DNA from: Ferroplasma sp.
Lineage (GTDB): Archaea; Thermoplasmatota; Thermoplasmata; Thermoplasmatales; Thermoplasmataceae
NCBI RefSeq assembly: GCF_037442045.1
Contig: NZ_JBBIRC010000001.1
Span: 1 to 58,002 of the forward strand
DNA length: 58,002 bases
Direction: 5' to 3'
Under the pieces are notes generated by a model. The model was not told where the DNA came from and did not search any database. It was given only the letters and a program-made list of their open reading frames with translations. This document shows, piece after piece, positions 10,198 through 20,120 of the stretch. The translations under genes were made by a program, and so were the position numbers. Numbering within the stretch: the first letter of the stretch is position 1; the number at the start of each line of letters is the position of its first letter.

Positions 10198-10521
10198 ATG
10201 AATAATTACTCAATTTTTAAAGAAATCATGGAAAACATAGAAACTCTTGACCGCCACATGACCATAATTAAAACTCTGCTAAGGGAACAGCCGCTTGGAA
10301 TAATTAAAATGTCACAGCAGACAGGGATTCCGGAACATAAAATTAGATACTCTTTGCGTATTCTTGAACATACTGGAATTATAGAAGCTTCCCGTGAAGG
10401 TGCCATTCTTACATCTGATTTCATTGCAAATAAGGATCAGATACTGCAGGCTGCAAGGGAGAGCTCTGCCAGAATTGAGAGAATATATAAAGAATTGAAG
10501 GATATTCTGGAGTCGCCATGA
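10198..10521 (+). CDS. winged helix-turn-helix predicted transcriptional regulator
   Basis: RH...EQPLGIIKMSQQTGIPEHKIRYSLRILE...GA matches a wHTH pattern; TATA-like ATATATAA about 27 nt upstream. Confidence 0.75.
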   Translation: MNNYSIFKEIMENIETLDRHMTIIKTLLREQPLGIIKMSQQTGIPEHKIRYSLRILEHTGIIEASREGAILTSDFIANKDQILQAARESSARIERIYKELKDILESP

Positions 10522-11048
10522 TGTTAAGGAGAAAAAAGCCGGCAGAAGATTATTACGTGAGAAGAGCTGTTCCAGCAGATGCCAGGGGAATAATAGAGTG
10601 TATGCAAAGCGTTATGGATGAAAAAATATATCTTGTCAGTGAATATTATTTGCTTACTGAAAGAGGGGAGCAGGAAAGGCTAAAAAATCGTGATGACCTT
10701 ACCCTTATTTGCGAAGTGAGTGAAAGAATAGTTGGAGTGACAACAATACAGAGAGGTATGTACAAAAAAAACAGGCATACTGCATCCCTTGGAATTGCAA
10801 TAAAAAAAGAATATCGCCATATGAATATGGGAAGCAGGATGATTAAAGAGGCGATTTCCTGGTCAAAACAACAGGGTATCGAGAAAATTAATCTGGAAGT
10901 GTTTTCCAGCAATACCAATGCAATAAAGGCTTACAGGAATATTGGCTTTCAGTATGAGGGTGTAAGAAAAAATCAGTTTCTTATTGGAGATAAATATGCT
11001 GATGATGTATTAATGACATATTTTACTTCAGAGTGGAATGAAGAATAA
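10518..11048 (+). CDS. GNAT family N-acetyltransferase
   Basis: LGIAIKKEYRHMNMGS (acetyl-CoA motif A), LEVFSSNTNAIKAYRNIGFQYEG. ATGA overlap with the upstream regulator. Confidence 0.9.
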   Translation: MMLRRKKPAEDYYVRRAVPADARGIIECMQSVMDEKIYLVSEYYLLTERGEQERLKNRDDLTLICEVSERIVGVTTIQRGMYKKNRHTASLGIAIKKEYRHMNMGSRMIKEAISWSKQQGIEKINLEVFSSNTNAIKAYRNIGFQYEGVRKNQFLIGDKYADDVLMTYFTSEWNEE

Positions 11049-11094
11049 CGTCTGACATAAAGCTTTAAATTCATTCTATTTATTAGCAATTAAC

Positions 11095-12108
11095 ATGCGC
11101 ATGCTGAAAATCCGTAATATACTGTTCAGGGAGCTCCTTATATTCGTAGGTTTTACTGTGCTTTTATTCGTTTTATATAAATTTGTTCCAGAATCAATAA
11201 TAAGAAATGATTTTCCAGGAACCAGCATAAATGTTCTTGGGCTGCATAGAAATTATTTTTTCCAGTATTTTTATTTCCTGTATGCTCTGGTTACAGGACG
11301 TGTAGGCTATGTACATAGCCTGATTTACTCTGGTTCGGTAACAGGAGCTATATCATTGTTATTTCCTGAAACAGTTGTTTTTTTGATTCTTACTTTTGCC
11401 ATATCATATGAAGCCTCGTATATGATAGGATTCCATACAGGTACTGCATTCAAAACTGTGAAAAAATTGAGCATGAATATATTTCCACTTTTATTTTTAT
11501 ATCTTGGGGCTGGCCTTACTCTCCTTACCGTTTTTTCAGGATTGCTTGGCTGGTTCCCTTTCAGTGGCGTACTATCCAGCAGTTCTCTAGCTGAAAGCTG
11601 GATTTCCTATACGGGCAGGGATTTGTTTATCAGCTCACCAACAGATATAATAATAATTGATGGCATCATTCATAATTCCCCTGGAATACTCATTGATTAT
11701 TTCAAACATATAGCTCTTCCTTTCCTGGCACTTTTCATACCAACCACAATATACCTGAGCGTATACATAAGCCATGAAACTTCTATTGAATATAATAAAA
11801 ACTATATCAGATCCGGCATAACAAGAGATGCGTTCAGGGATAACTACACGGCATACATAAAAAGAGGGATAAAACCACGAATTCTGGAGGAGATAAAACC
11901 TGTATTTCTTATATTCATGGGTGGCATGGTCCTTGTTAGCTTTATATTTTCATATATGAATCTGGGCGAATTTACTGTATATTCATTCCTGAATTATGAT
12001 TTTGGCTTTATGGGGGGAGTCTACAGCCTATTTATGCTCGCGCTTATAATAATAGTGTTTGATGCCATTGTGGATATAATCAATGTGGGGGCAAAAAATG
12101 AAAATTAA
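11095..12108 (+). CDS. Dpp/Opp-type ABC transporter permease (DppB-like, divergent)
   Basis: Multiple TM helices; LGL...FQYFYFL, FPET, LGWFP.SG, KHIALP and a degenerate EAA loop (YIRSGITR). Confidence 0.8.
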   Translation: MRMLKIRNILFRELLIFVGFTVLLFVLYKFVPESIIRNDFPGTSINVLGLHRNYFFQYFYFLYALVTGRVGYVHSLIYSGSVTGAISLLFPETVVFLILTFAISYEASYMIGFHTGTAFKTVKKLSMNIFPLLFLYLGAGLTLLTVFSGLLGWFPFSGVLSSSSLAESWISYTGRDLFISSPTDIIIIDGIIHNSPGILIDYFKHIALPFLALFIPTTIYLSVYISHETSIEYNKNYIRSGITRDAFRDNYTAYIKRGIKPRILEEIKPVFLIFMGGMVLVSFIFSYMNLGEFTVYSFLNYDFGFMGGVYSLFMLALIIIVFDAIVDIINVGAKNEN

Positions 12109-12916
12109 CACAGGGCGCATGCTTGCAGTAATCAGTTCTGTAATTATTGCACTTTATCTGCTTGCATTCATTCTTGATCTTGTTGACCCGGGATATCTTG
12201 GTGTTCGCAGTCTGAGCAACCTGCTGATTTTCAGGAAAGGGCCTTCAATAATTCCGGCACCGCCTGTGCTTTCAAATGGCTGGAATGACTATATGGGCAC
12301 TACATACTATGGCATATTGCTGTTTCCTGCCCTGCTTGGTTCACTGAAATTTGACTTCACAGTTATGTTTGTGTCACTTGCTATTTCGGCTTCAGTAGGA
12401 ATTCTTATCGGCGGGTCTGCTGCAATTATTGGAAGAGGTTACAAAAAAATTATAGTTTATATTATGAAAATATTTTCCAGTGCGCCATATATACTTATCA
12501 TGCTTCTTATTCTTTACATAGTAAGGCCACTGGAAACGGGCATTATTATTGCAATTTCAACTGGATGGTTTCCCTTTTATGTTTTGAGGTCTTTAAACAT
12601 TTTTGAAACTAAATTAAAAAATAGAGAAAATTACAGCAATAAAAGATTATTATTGAATTTTTTGCCTTATTTTTTTACTGACATTGGTGCGATTACCGGG
12701 GTGGTTACAATAATAACCTATTTCGGTTTCTACTTCCGTAATCCTCTGGTCATCGATATAGGAAACATAATGTACCTTGATGGAAATGTGAATATCTTTC
12801 TTCTGTCTGGCGTATGGTGGATAGTGATTTTTCCACTTGCTTTTATAACTGTATTTATTTCTTTTACTGCTCTTTTAAGTTACGAACTGGGAGGGAAAGA
12901 TGATGCAAGAATATGA
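12098..12916 (+). CDS. Dpp/Opp-type ABC transporter permease (DppC-like, divergent)
   Basis: PAPP...MGTTYYG, GILIG, DIGNI and WWIVIFP patterns typical of DppC/OppC; multi-TM. Confidence 0.8.
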   Translation: MKINTGRMLAVISSVIIALYLLAFILDLVDPGYLGVRSLSNLLIFRKGPSIIPAPPVLSNGWNDYMGTTYYGILLFPALLGSLKFDFTVMFVSLAISASVGILIGGSAAIIGRGYKKIIVYIMKIFSSAPYILIMLLILYIVRPLETGIIIAISTGWFPFYVLRSLNIFETKLKNRENYSNKRLLLNFLPYFFTDIGAITGVVTIITYFGFYFRNPLVIDIGNIMYLDGNVNIFLLSGVWWIVIFPLAFITVFISFTALLSYELGGKDDARI

Positions 12917-14054
12917 AAATAGTGACAGTTTATTATTATTCAATGATTTCTGTATTGAATCCGGAAAAAATGGTGGTATAAAAAATTTAAATCTGGAAAT
13001 TAAATCAAACTGTGATGTATTGCTGTATTCTGGAGAAGTAGATATATCCAAAATAACCGGCATATTTACATTTAATATATTTAATGATATTAAATTTTCT
13101 GGAAAACTACTTCACAAAGGGAGAGATATAATTGAGCTGGTCAATAAAATAAAAAAATTCAAAGTTAATGGCAACAGGATAGGCATACTAACTCGATTGA
13201 TAGATGATATATTTCCATTACCTGCGGACCCTTTAGAACTTTTGGATCCAGATTTAACTATTTCCGAACAGATACTTGGTTTTATTCCATACAGGACAAG
13301 AATTGAAGTTTTGAATGGAATAATAAGAAGGGAAATGATTAAACTCACTGAAATAAAGGAAATTATAAAAGAATTTGATTCTGCAGATGATAAGAAGACA
13401 TACGTGCTGAAAAAATCGATGGATTTTGGCATTTTACAGATTTACAGGAATATTTATGATATTCTTGATTCAGCGTCAGAAAACAGGGAAGATTTGATGG
13501 TTTCCTCTATAATTGCTGAAAAGAGTGGAGTCAATCTTGCTGATATAGTAGTTCTGAGAAATTATTACAGATACAGGATAGAATTTGACCTTTTACAGGG
13601 TGAGATTAACAGAAATAATATAGAAGAAAAAGATAATTCCAAACTTTATAAAAAACTTGCGGCCATTAAAAAAGAAACAAAAAGAACTTTTGACTTCACC
13701 GGGTTTAAACTTACAAGGCATTACAGTGAAAATATATTAAAAAATGAAATTCTTGCGCTTGTTAAAAACTACATGGAACTTATGGGCATTTCATTTAATC
13801 CTGATAACCTGGAAAGAGTTGCCGGCAACAGTAATATTTCTGATATTTATGGGATTCTGACATGTATTTCATTTCTTACAGACAAAAAGATGATGGTTAT
13901 TGACCTATCGGGTTATTCTTCAGAGGCCATGAATATTATAGAATATATAAAAAGATTAAAATCTGTACAGAATATGGCATGCCTTTACATTTGCACAAAC
14001 AAAGATATGTCAGAGAACAAAAATAAAATATTTGACAGGGTTATTTTTGCCTGA
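12900..14054 (+). CDS. DppD-like ABC ATPase homolog with degenerate nucleotide-binding motifs and a large insertion
   Basis: IKNLNLEIK, SGKLLHKGRDII, DPLELLDPDLTISEQI and C-terminal DRVIF resemble DppD. No GxxGxGKS, LSGG, DE or H-loop motif. Confidence 0.6.
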   Translation: MMQEYENSDSLLLFNDFCIESGKNGGIKNLNLEIKSNCDVLLYSGEVDISKITGIFTFNIFNDIKFSGKLLHKGRDIIELVNKIKKFKVNGNRIGILTRLIDDIFPLPADPLELLDPDLTISEQILGFIPYRTRIEVLNGIIRREMIKLTEIKEIIKEFDSADDKKTYVLKKSMDFGILQIYRNIYDILDSASENREDLMVSSIIAEKSGVNLADIVVLRNYYRYRIEFDLLQGEINRNNIEEKDNSKLYKKLAAIKKETKRTFDFTGFKLTRHYSENILKNEILALVKNYMELMGISFNPDNLERVAGNSNISDIYGILTCISFLTDKKMMVIDLSGYSSEAMNIIEYIKRLKSVQNMACLYICTNKDMSENKNKIFDRVIFA

Positions 14055-14057
14055 ATA

Positions 14058-16451
14058 TTACAGTGAAATTCTGTTGAATAAAACAATTCCATAACTGTTG
14101 ACAGCGCCATAACCTGGAATTATGTAGTCCTGCATGTACAATTTCATTGTAATTGATCTTGATGCATTTATATACATATAAGTGCCATTCAAAAGTGAAC
14201 TGACATTTCTGATATTTGTTTCATTATAATTTGCAGCAAGTTTTGATAAATTGTTATTTAATTCATTCATTAAAACAGATTGACTCCTGTTGCTTATATT
14301 ATAAAGATAATAACTGAATCCATTATTATAGGAATAAGTGTAATTCATGGTATTTCCCAGCTCATTATAATATAGTGATAAATTCGTAGTTTCTGGAATT
14401 GTAGTTTCATACACTGGCATTAGATTTGCGCCTGCTTTTTCGTACTGCTGCATAAAGGAAACTGGCACAACTTCTATTGGAAATGTAATGTTGCCTGTAC
14501 CTGCCATTTTCTCCAGATTGGTTTCAAATTCCGATAGATTTAGCCCGGAAACCAGAGGCGTTGTGAATAATGGTATTACCAGTGGTTTATATCTGTATGT
14601 AAGTACAGATGGGGTAACTGTAAGATTAAATTTATTTATCTCAGTTTTATTGCTTATGAAGGATTTCCACAGTTCCATGGCTTTTGTGGTATTGTGGCCT
14701 GGATATGCATACCAGAAGGCTTCTCTTACAGTTATATTGGAAAACAGGTTTTTGGGAAGGTTAGCACCTGCCACATATTTATCCAGGGCAGATATGTTGA
14801 CATTTGAATTGAAATCATACATAACAGAAAGATTGTATGTATCATTGTAAGGTTTTACACCAGTGATATATGAAATATATGGATATGTTTCCGGGAAAAG
14901 TGCAATCTGAGATGTATTAAATCTCATATCCTGGTAGATTGAAGAAATCTGGCTCTTATATGTGATTGTAACGGAATTAATTGTTGGAACACTGTAATTG
15001 GAGGTTCCTTTAAAATAAGGATTCCTTACAAGTGTAATATAATGCCCCGGAATATAAGATGCAACCTCGTAGGGGCCATCAGCAAATGTACTGTTCATTA
15101 CATAATTATTGCTGCGATTTTCAAAATATTTAAATCCTGATTGCGAAAATGTTAGATTTTCCCCCATGGATTTCAGGTATGATGCTGATGAAATAAATGT
15201 GCCGGGAGATGATAAAATGTTGAATACGGTATCGGAATTTATATTTTCTGTAAAGTTAAGAGTTATTGTGTTTGTTGTATTGCTGTATGTAATGGCTTTC
15301 ATTATGTTCGTATAATTCATGGTGTCATGGTAATTCCCTGGAAGCAGGTACTGTGCAAGGATCCATCCTGGAGTTTGCGGCTCCTTATTTTCCAGCATGA
15401 TGTCCATTAAAAGTGAATAATAAACATCATATGCTGTGACGGGCTTGCCATTCTGGAATTTAACATTATTGCTTATATTAAAAGTATAGTTATTTCCATT
15501 AATGCCATTGCCTTTAGCTGGCAGAGATGATGCTATTTCCGGGAAATAACTAGAATTGCCTTTTCCAATAAGAAGCTGCTCTGTATTGTAAAGTATTTCC
15601 AGATCTGCTCTTGAATATGCTTCTTGCGGGTTTAAATTCGTATATGGAGTTAAACTATCCATCACAATTGAATCACTTACTGTATTGATGTAAACTTTGG
15701 CATGTGGATTCACAGGAATGTCCATATAGTAATATGTTGTATAATTTTCAGTTCCATTTCCAGTAACTATTGCTAATTTCAGGGTATAATAGCCAGAAAA
15801 AAGGGTCAAATTGTAATCTACGCCAGAAACTGTAACGTTCATTGTCCTGTTCAGAGTCCCGTTTGTATAGATATAAAGCATCTGACTTAATATCTTGAAT
15901 GTTGAATTTGCTGGGCATCCCGAATTGCTGGTGTTTATGTTTGCAGTTGTATTTCCAAAAAATATATTTGAACTTGAAATCACCGGTGGACTGGATGTTT
16001 TCATAATTGTAATCATTCCGTTAGATGTTCTGTTTCCATTACTTAAACTTTCAACATATACAGGTATATATATATTGAAATTTTTTGAACCGGATGTAAA
16101 ATTTGCTTTATAATATATATAGTAAATTCCAGGGCTTGAATATAAATGACTTATTGTTACTGTATTACTGGTATAATTTAAAATCGTTTGGTTGTTGTCT
16201 CCCCAGTAAACTGTAAGTGTTTTATATGGCTCATTTGCTTTTAATGATAGTGTATAATTATCGCCTGCATAAAGATAATTTGGAGCGGTATTTACAGATA
16301 CATCTGGCGATATTTGTGTTGTGTGCAAAGCAGAGAGAACTATAAAAGATGAAAGTAGAAGTATTAAAACTATTATAACAGCATACCATTTTTTCCTGGT
16401 TGACCTTGGATTTTTCGGATATGTTTCTGGATCTGGCATGCCTGAATTCAT
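14058..16451 (-). CDS. membrane-anchored ABC substrate-binding protein (family 5) with PKD-like domain
   Basis: Basic residues then a TM anchor; VYWGD...HLYSSPGIY (PKD-like); YTFNI...VKFQNGKPVTAYDVYYS and GPYEV...LVRNPYF (SBP family 5); many N-x-S/T sequons. Confidence 0.85.
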   Translation of the reverse strand: MNSGMPDPETYPKNPRSTRKKWYAVIIVLILLLSSFIVLSALHTTQISPDVSVNTAPNYLYAGDNYTLSLKANEPYKTLTVYWGDNNQTILNYTSNTVTISHLYSSPGIYYIYYKANFTSGSKNFNIYIPVYVESLSNGNRTSNGMITIMKTSSPPVISSSNIFFGNTTANINTSNSGCPANSTFKILSQMLYIYTNGTLNRTMNVTVSGVDYNLTLFSGYYTLKLAIVTGNGTENYTTYYYMDIPVNPHAKVYINTVSDSIVMDSLTPYTNLNPQEAYSRADLEILYNTEQLLIGKGNSSYFPEIASSLPAKGNGINGNNYTFNISNNVKFQNGKPVTAYDVYYSLLMDIMLENKEPQTPGWILAQYLLPGNYHDTMNYTNIMKAITYSNTTNTITLNFTENINSDTVFNILSSPGTFISSASYLKSMGENLTFSQSGFKYFENRSNNYVMNSTFADGPYEVASYIPGHYITLVRNPYFKGTSNYSVPTINSVTITYKSQISSIYQDMRFNTSQIALFPETYPYISYITGVKPYNDTYNLSVMYDFNSNVNISALDKYVAGANLPKNLFSNITVREAFWYAYPGHNTTKAMELWKSFISNKTEINKFNLTVTPSVLTYRYKPLVIPLFTTPLVSGLNLSEFETNLEKMAGTGNITFPIEVVPVSFMQQYEKAGANLMPVYETTIPETTNLSLYYNELGNTMNYTYSYNNGFSYYLYNISNRSQSVLMNELNNNLSKLAANYNETNIRNVSSLLNGTYMYINASRSITMKLYMQDYIIPGYGAVNSYGIVLFNRISL

Positions 16452-16541
16452 ATTTTGATAATATAAAAGCAAATAATTAATGTTTTCTAAAATAATAATG
16501 CTTTACGAAAAATAATATAAATGATTGTAGTATATTACTTA

Positions 16542-17624
16542 ATGACTGTAAAAGCTGTTGTTATGGCTGGGGGAAAAGGAACTAGACTTCGGCCAATAAC
16601 ATATTCTATTCCAAAGCCAGTAGTTCCTATAGCTGGCAAACCATGTATGCTTTATTTGCTTGATTCTTATTATAGTGCTGGAATAAAAGATATTATAGTA
16701 ACTACTGGATATAAATTTAGTTCTCTTATAACCAGCATAATCGAAAATAAACATAATGACCAGGCGATTCTATTTTCTGTAGAGGAAGAACCTGCGGGTA
16801 CAGCAGGAAGCGTAAAAATGGTTTCCAATTTTCTGGATGATACTTTTGTAGTTGGTAGTGGAGACATACTCTCAGATTTTAATATTGCTGAAATACTGGA
16901 TTTTCATAGAAAAAATAAGGCAATGATCACAATAGTTTTGACGGAAGTGGATGACCCATCCCAGTTCGGCATAGTTGAAATGGAAAACAATAAAATTGTG
17001 AGATTTCTGGAAAAACCTGGAAAAGATGAAACATTCTCAAATATAGCAAGTACCGGAATCTACGTTATTGAGCCTGAAATCCTTGATTATATTAATGATA
17101 TTCCCTATGATTTTGCCAGAGACCTCTTTCCAAACTTAATGAAGAACAATATAGATATATATGGTTATATGGGAAAGGGGGTATGGCTGGATACCGGTAG
17201 ACCCAATGATCTTATAACGGCCAACCAGATCATGGTAGAAAAGTATGGAAAATCTTATGAGGATGATTTCATAAAGGGCAAAAATATAATTCTTGATCTG
17301 ACTGGCATTCATGATGCTACAATTGAGAAATGTTACATAGGAAAAAATATTAAAATTATTGATGGAGTTAAAATAAAAAATTCTGCTGTATATGACAATA
17401 CAGTTCTTGAAAATAATGTAGAAATAATCAACTCACTATTAATGAGTAATGTAACTGTAAAGCCAAACACAAAAATTAAAAATTCAGTAATAATGAAAAA
17501 TTGCGTAATTGGAGAAGATTCAGAAATTATTGACAGCATAATTGCACCGGATATGGATATTAGAGGAAAATCAAGAATTTACAATGTTTCTCTTGCTTCT
17601 AAGGTTCTAGGAGATGAAATATAA
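16542..17624 (+). CDS. NDP-sugar synthase (mannose-1-phosphate guanylyltransferase-like) with hexapeptide-repeat domain
   Basis: MAGGKGTRLRPIT..PKP, EEEPAGTAG, SGD, FLEKP, WLDTG; C-terminal left-handed beta-helix repeats. Confidence 0.9.
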   Translation: MTVKAVVMAGGKGTRLRPITYSIPKPVVPIAGKPCMLYLLDSYYSAGIKDIIVTTGYKFSSLITSIIENKHNDQAILFSVEEEPAGTAGSVKMVSNFLDDTFVVGSGDILSDFNIAEILDFHRKNKAMITIVLTEVDDPSQFGIVEMENNKIVRFLEKPGKDETFSNIASTGIYVIEPEILDYINDIPYDFARDLFPNLMKNNIDIYGYMGKGVWLDTGRPNDLITANQIMVEKYGKSYEDDFIKGKNIILDLTGIHDATIEKCYIGKNIKIIDGVKIKNSAVYDNTVLENNVEIINSLLMSNVTVKPNTKIKNSVIMKNCVIGEDSEIIDSIIAPDMDIRGKSRIYNVSLASKVLGDEI

Positions 17625-18009
17625 TAAGAAGATATATTGCAATAAGTATGATTGCAGCTAATATAGATATATAAATGAGCCGCTTATCATTGCCAAATAT
17701 TATTGGTATCGGCCCGATCATAAGAAAACCTCCCATATGTGATTCTTTATGAGTTTTCTCAGAATCATAATCCTGATCTTGTTCATTAGTTTCCCTGTAT
17801 TTTTTATTTAATTCTTCTGGTATTGAAATAAATAACAGGATCATGCCGAAAAAAATTAGCATGAATGGAATTATTGCAAGTGGGCTGCTGCTAAGTATAA
17901 ATGGAATAAATAGAAATAAGCCTGCTTTTACAAGCCTATCAAAAGCCATTACAATTAAAATTAAAGCTCCAGATAAAATTAAAAGAATTCCAGTATACCG
18001 TATATTCAT
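17599..18009 (-). CDS. DUF131/TIGR00304-like membrane protein
   Basis: GGFLMIGPIPIIFG motif followed by a TM helix. Confidence 0.8.
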   Translation of the reverse strand: MNIRYTGILLILSGALILIVMAFDRLVKAGLFLFIPFILSSSPLAIIPFMLIFFGMILLFISIPEELNKKYRETNEQDQDYDSEKTHKESHMGGFLMIGPIPIIFGNDKRLIYISILAAIILIAIYLLIIFHLLEP

Positions 18010-18015
18010 CTTTAA

Positions 18016-18900
18016 TTAAAGGAACCCGGCCTTCTGCAAAATCAGAAGGTCTTCAGTGGTAAGCTGTTCACCAGCCTTAAATTTCTCATAAAGTTCTGTT
18101 GCTCTGTCCTGAAGTTCTGATTCCTTTTCCTTCCTTTTTGTAACTCTGCTCTTGTTCCTTATGGAAAATATTGCCTTTTCCATATCCTTCAATTCAGTCT
18201 TTGTCTTTATGAAAGCTGCATGTTCGGCTTCAGATTCCTGGCTGTATTTAATGAAAAGCTCGTGGTTTTCATCTGCTTCTTTCCGGACCTCGTCGAGCTT
18301 TTGGAGTTCATCATTAATCTCATCACTTAACTGGGAAATTCTGGTCGAAATTTCCTCTATATTCTTTTTATATTCCTCGCCAGTAGTCCTCTCCTGGTTG
18401 ATATTTTCTGTGAGATTCTTTATATCATCATTTTTAAGAAGTTCCTCATCACGAAGTGTTTTTGATTTCTTTATTTCATTGTTTAATCTTCTAATGTCAA
18501 CAATAAGCTTGTTTTCTTCTTCTTTTTTTAATTCTGTGGTTTGCTGCCTCTTTTCAAGATATTGTAGTTCCTTTTCCTTTACCCTGATATCTTTAAGGTC
18601 TATTCCAGTACCGAGCTTTGCTTTGTATTCACGTAATTGCTTTTTCAATTCAGAGAGAGCCTTATAATGAACTTCCTTTTCATCCCTAAGTCCCTTAATT
18701 TTCTCAATCAACTCGTTCTTTTCAGCGATTTTTTCCTTTGCATGCTCTCTCATTTCGTGAGTTTTCTGATTTAATTCATCACGAATTCTGGCATATTTTT
18801 GGGCTTCTGCATTAGCTTCATCTCGCTTTTTAATATGGAGTTCTACTTCATCTCTGATTGCCTCTTTTTTCGTCTCAAAATCTTCTAAAAGGTCCGTCAT
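18016..18900 (-). CDS. conserved archaeal coiled-coil protein (COG1340-like)
   Basis: E/K-rich heptad sequence with KRDE.N, QQT...EE and C-terminal KFKAGEQLTTEDLLILQK. Confidence 0.85.
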   Translation of the reverse strand: MTDLLEDFETKKEAIRDEVELHIKKRDEANAEAQKYARIRDELNQKTHEMREHAKEKIAEKNELIEKIKGLRDEKEVHYKALSELKKQLREYKAKLGTGIDLKDIRVKEKELQYLEKRQQTTELKKEEENKLIVDIRRLNNEIKKSKTLRDEELLKNDDIKNLTENINQERTTGEEYKKNIEEISTRISQLSDEINDELQKLDEVRKEADENHELFIKYSQESEAEHAAFIKTKTELKDMEKAIFSIRNKSRVTKRKEKESELQDRATELYEKFKAGEQLTTEDLLILQKAGFL

Positions 18901-19091
18901 GCTAACACTTCGATGTCTTATTTCAGATAATGCGTTGGAATTAGTAATATTCTATTTCGCACATCTGTGGTTAAAATTTGTATTTAAAAAGACTATATAA
19001 GTATTACTATTAACTGTTCATTACAATAATATTATAAATCCAGATACTCTTATTTAATATAAAATTATATAACAAATAATCATAAACAAAA

Positions 19092-20120
19092 ATGCATGGT
19101 GGTAATGTATACGAATTTGCTTTAAAATACAATATAGATTTGTCAAAAATTCTCGATTTTTCCGCTAACATGAATGATTTTATTACAGTGAAGAATCTAT
19201 TTATAAATAAAGGATACATAGAACATTATCCTGAGAGCAACCTGGAAGAATATAAAAAAATACTTGCAGGCAGTGACTTTAGCATAAATAATATAACTAT
19301 GGTTTCGGGATTGACTTCATTTATACATTTATATATGAATTCCATTAAAGGAAATTCTCTGATTATTTCACCATCGTTTACAGAATATATAAAATCAAAT
19401 ACATCTGGTAACAAAATACTTCTTCCCTTTAATGCAATAAATAAAAACCCGGAAATGATAAAAAATTACAATTATGAAACATTATTTCTGGTATATCCAG
19501 ATAGCCCAACAGGACAAATGATGAATGAAGACAGTATTCACTCTATAATAGAAACTTCAATGAAAAAAAATTCAACTATATTTATTGATGAATCATTTAT
19601 ATGGTTTGTGAATAACCGAAAAATAAATGAAAAAGAAATGATTGAAAAATACAATAATGTTATTATAGGCCGATCGTTGACAAAGGTTTTGTCCATACCG
19701 GGATTAAGGCTAGGATATGTGTTATCAAATTCAGATACCATATCTGAAATAGAAAAAACCCTTGAACCATGGAGAATTAACCAGGGGGCCCTGCTATATT
19801 TACAAAACTATATGCCTCATTTCAGCGGGCTTGGGAAAAAGATTGAAATAGAAAGAAAATACCTGATAAAATCGCTTGAAAAGCAAAATTTTACTCTTAT
19901 TGGCAAACCACAGGCAAATTATATTACATTTAAATTACCTGAAAATATTAATGGTGAAAAGCTTATGTCATTTCTTGCAACTAGAAATATAATGATAAGG
20001 CTTCTTGATGATTACTGTGACTTTGGCAGTAATTATATAAGAATTAACGTAAAGAGAAGGATTAAAAATAGAATTCTTGTTAAAAATATAAAAGGATATT
20101 TAGGTGATGCCATTGATTAA
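19092..20120 (+). CDS. cobD: L-threonine-O-3-phosphate decarboxylase (PLP-dependent, cobamide nucleotide loop)
   Basis: MHGGN, LDFSAN, PDSPTG, IDESF, SLTK..IPGLRLGY (PLP Lys); first gene of the cob cluster. Confidence 0.85.
   Translation: MHGGNVYEFALKYNIDLSKILDFSANMNDFITVKNLFINKGYIEHYPESNLEEYKKILAGSDFSINNITMVSGLTSFIHLYMNSIKGNSLIISPSFTEYIKSNTSGNKILLPFNAINKNPEMIKNYNYETLFLVYPDSPTGQMMNEDSIHSIIETSMKKNSTIFIDESFIWFVNNRKINEKEMIEKYNNVIIGRSLTKVLSIPGLRLGYVLSNSDTISEIEKTLEPWRINQGALLYLQNYMPHFSGLGKKIEIERKYLIKSLEKQNFTLIGKPQANYITFKLPENINGEKLMSFLATRNIMIRLLDDYCDFGSNYIRINVKRRIKNRILVKNIKGYLGDAID

Noticed and set aside
18016-18900. SMC-like or phosphoserine phosphatase call for the coiled-coil protein
   Set aside because: There are no Walker motifs and no HAD DxD motif; the protein is coiled-coil only.
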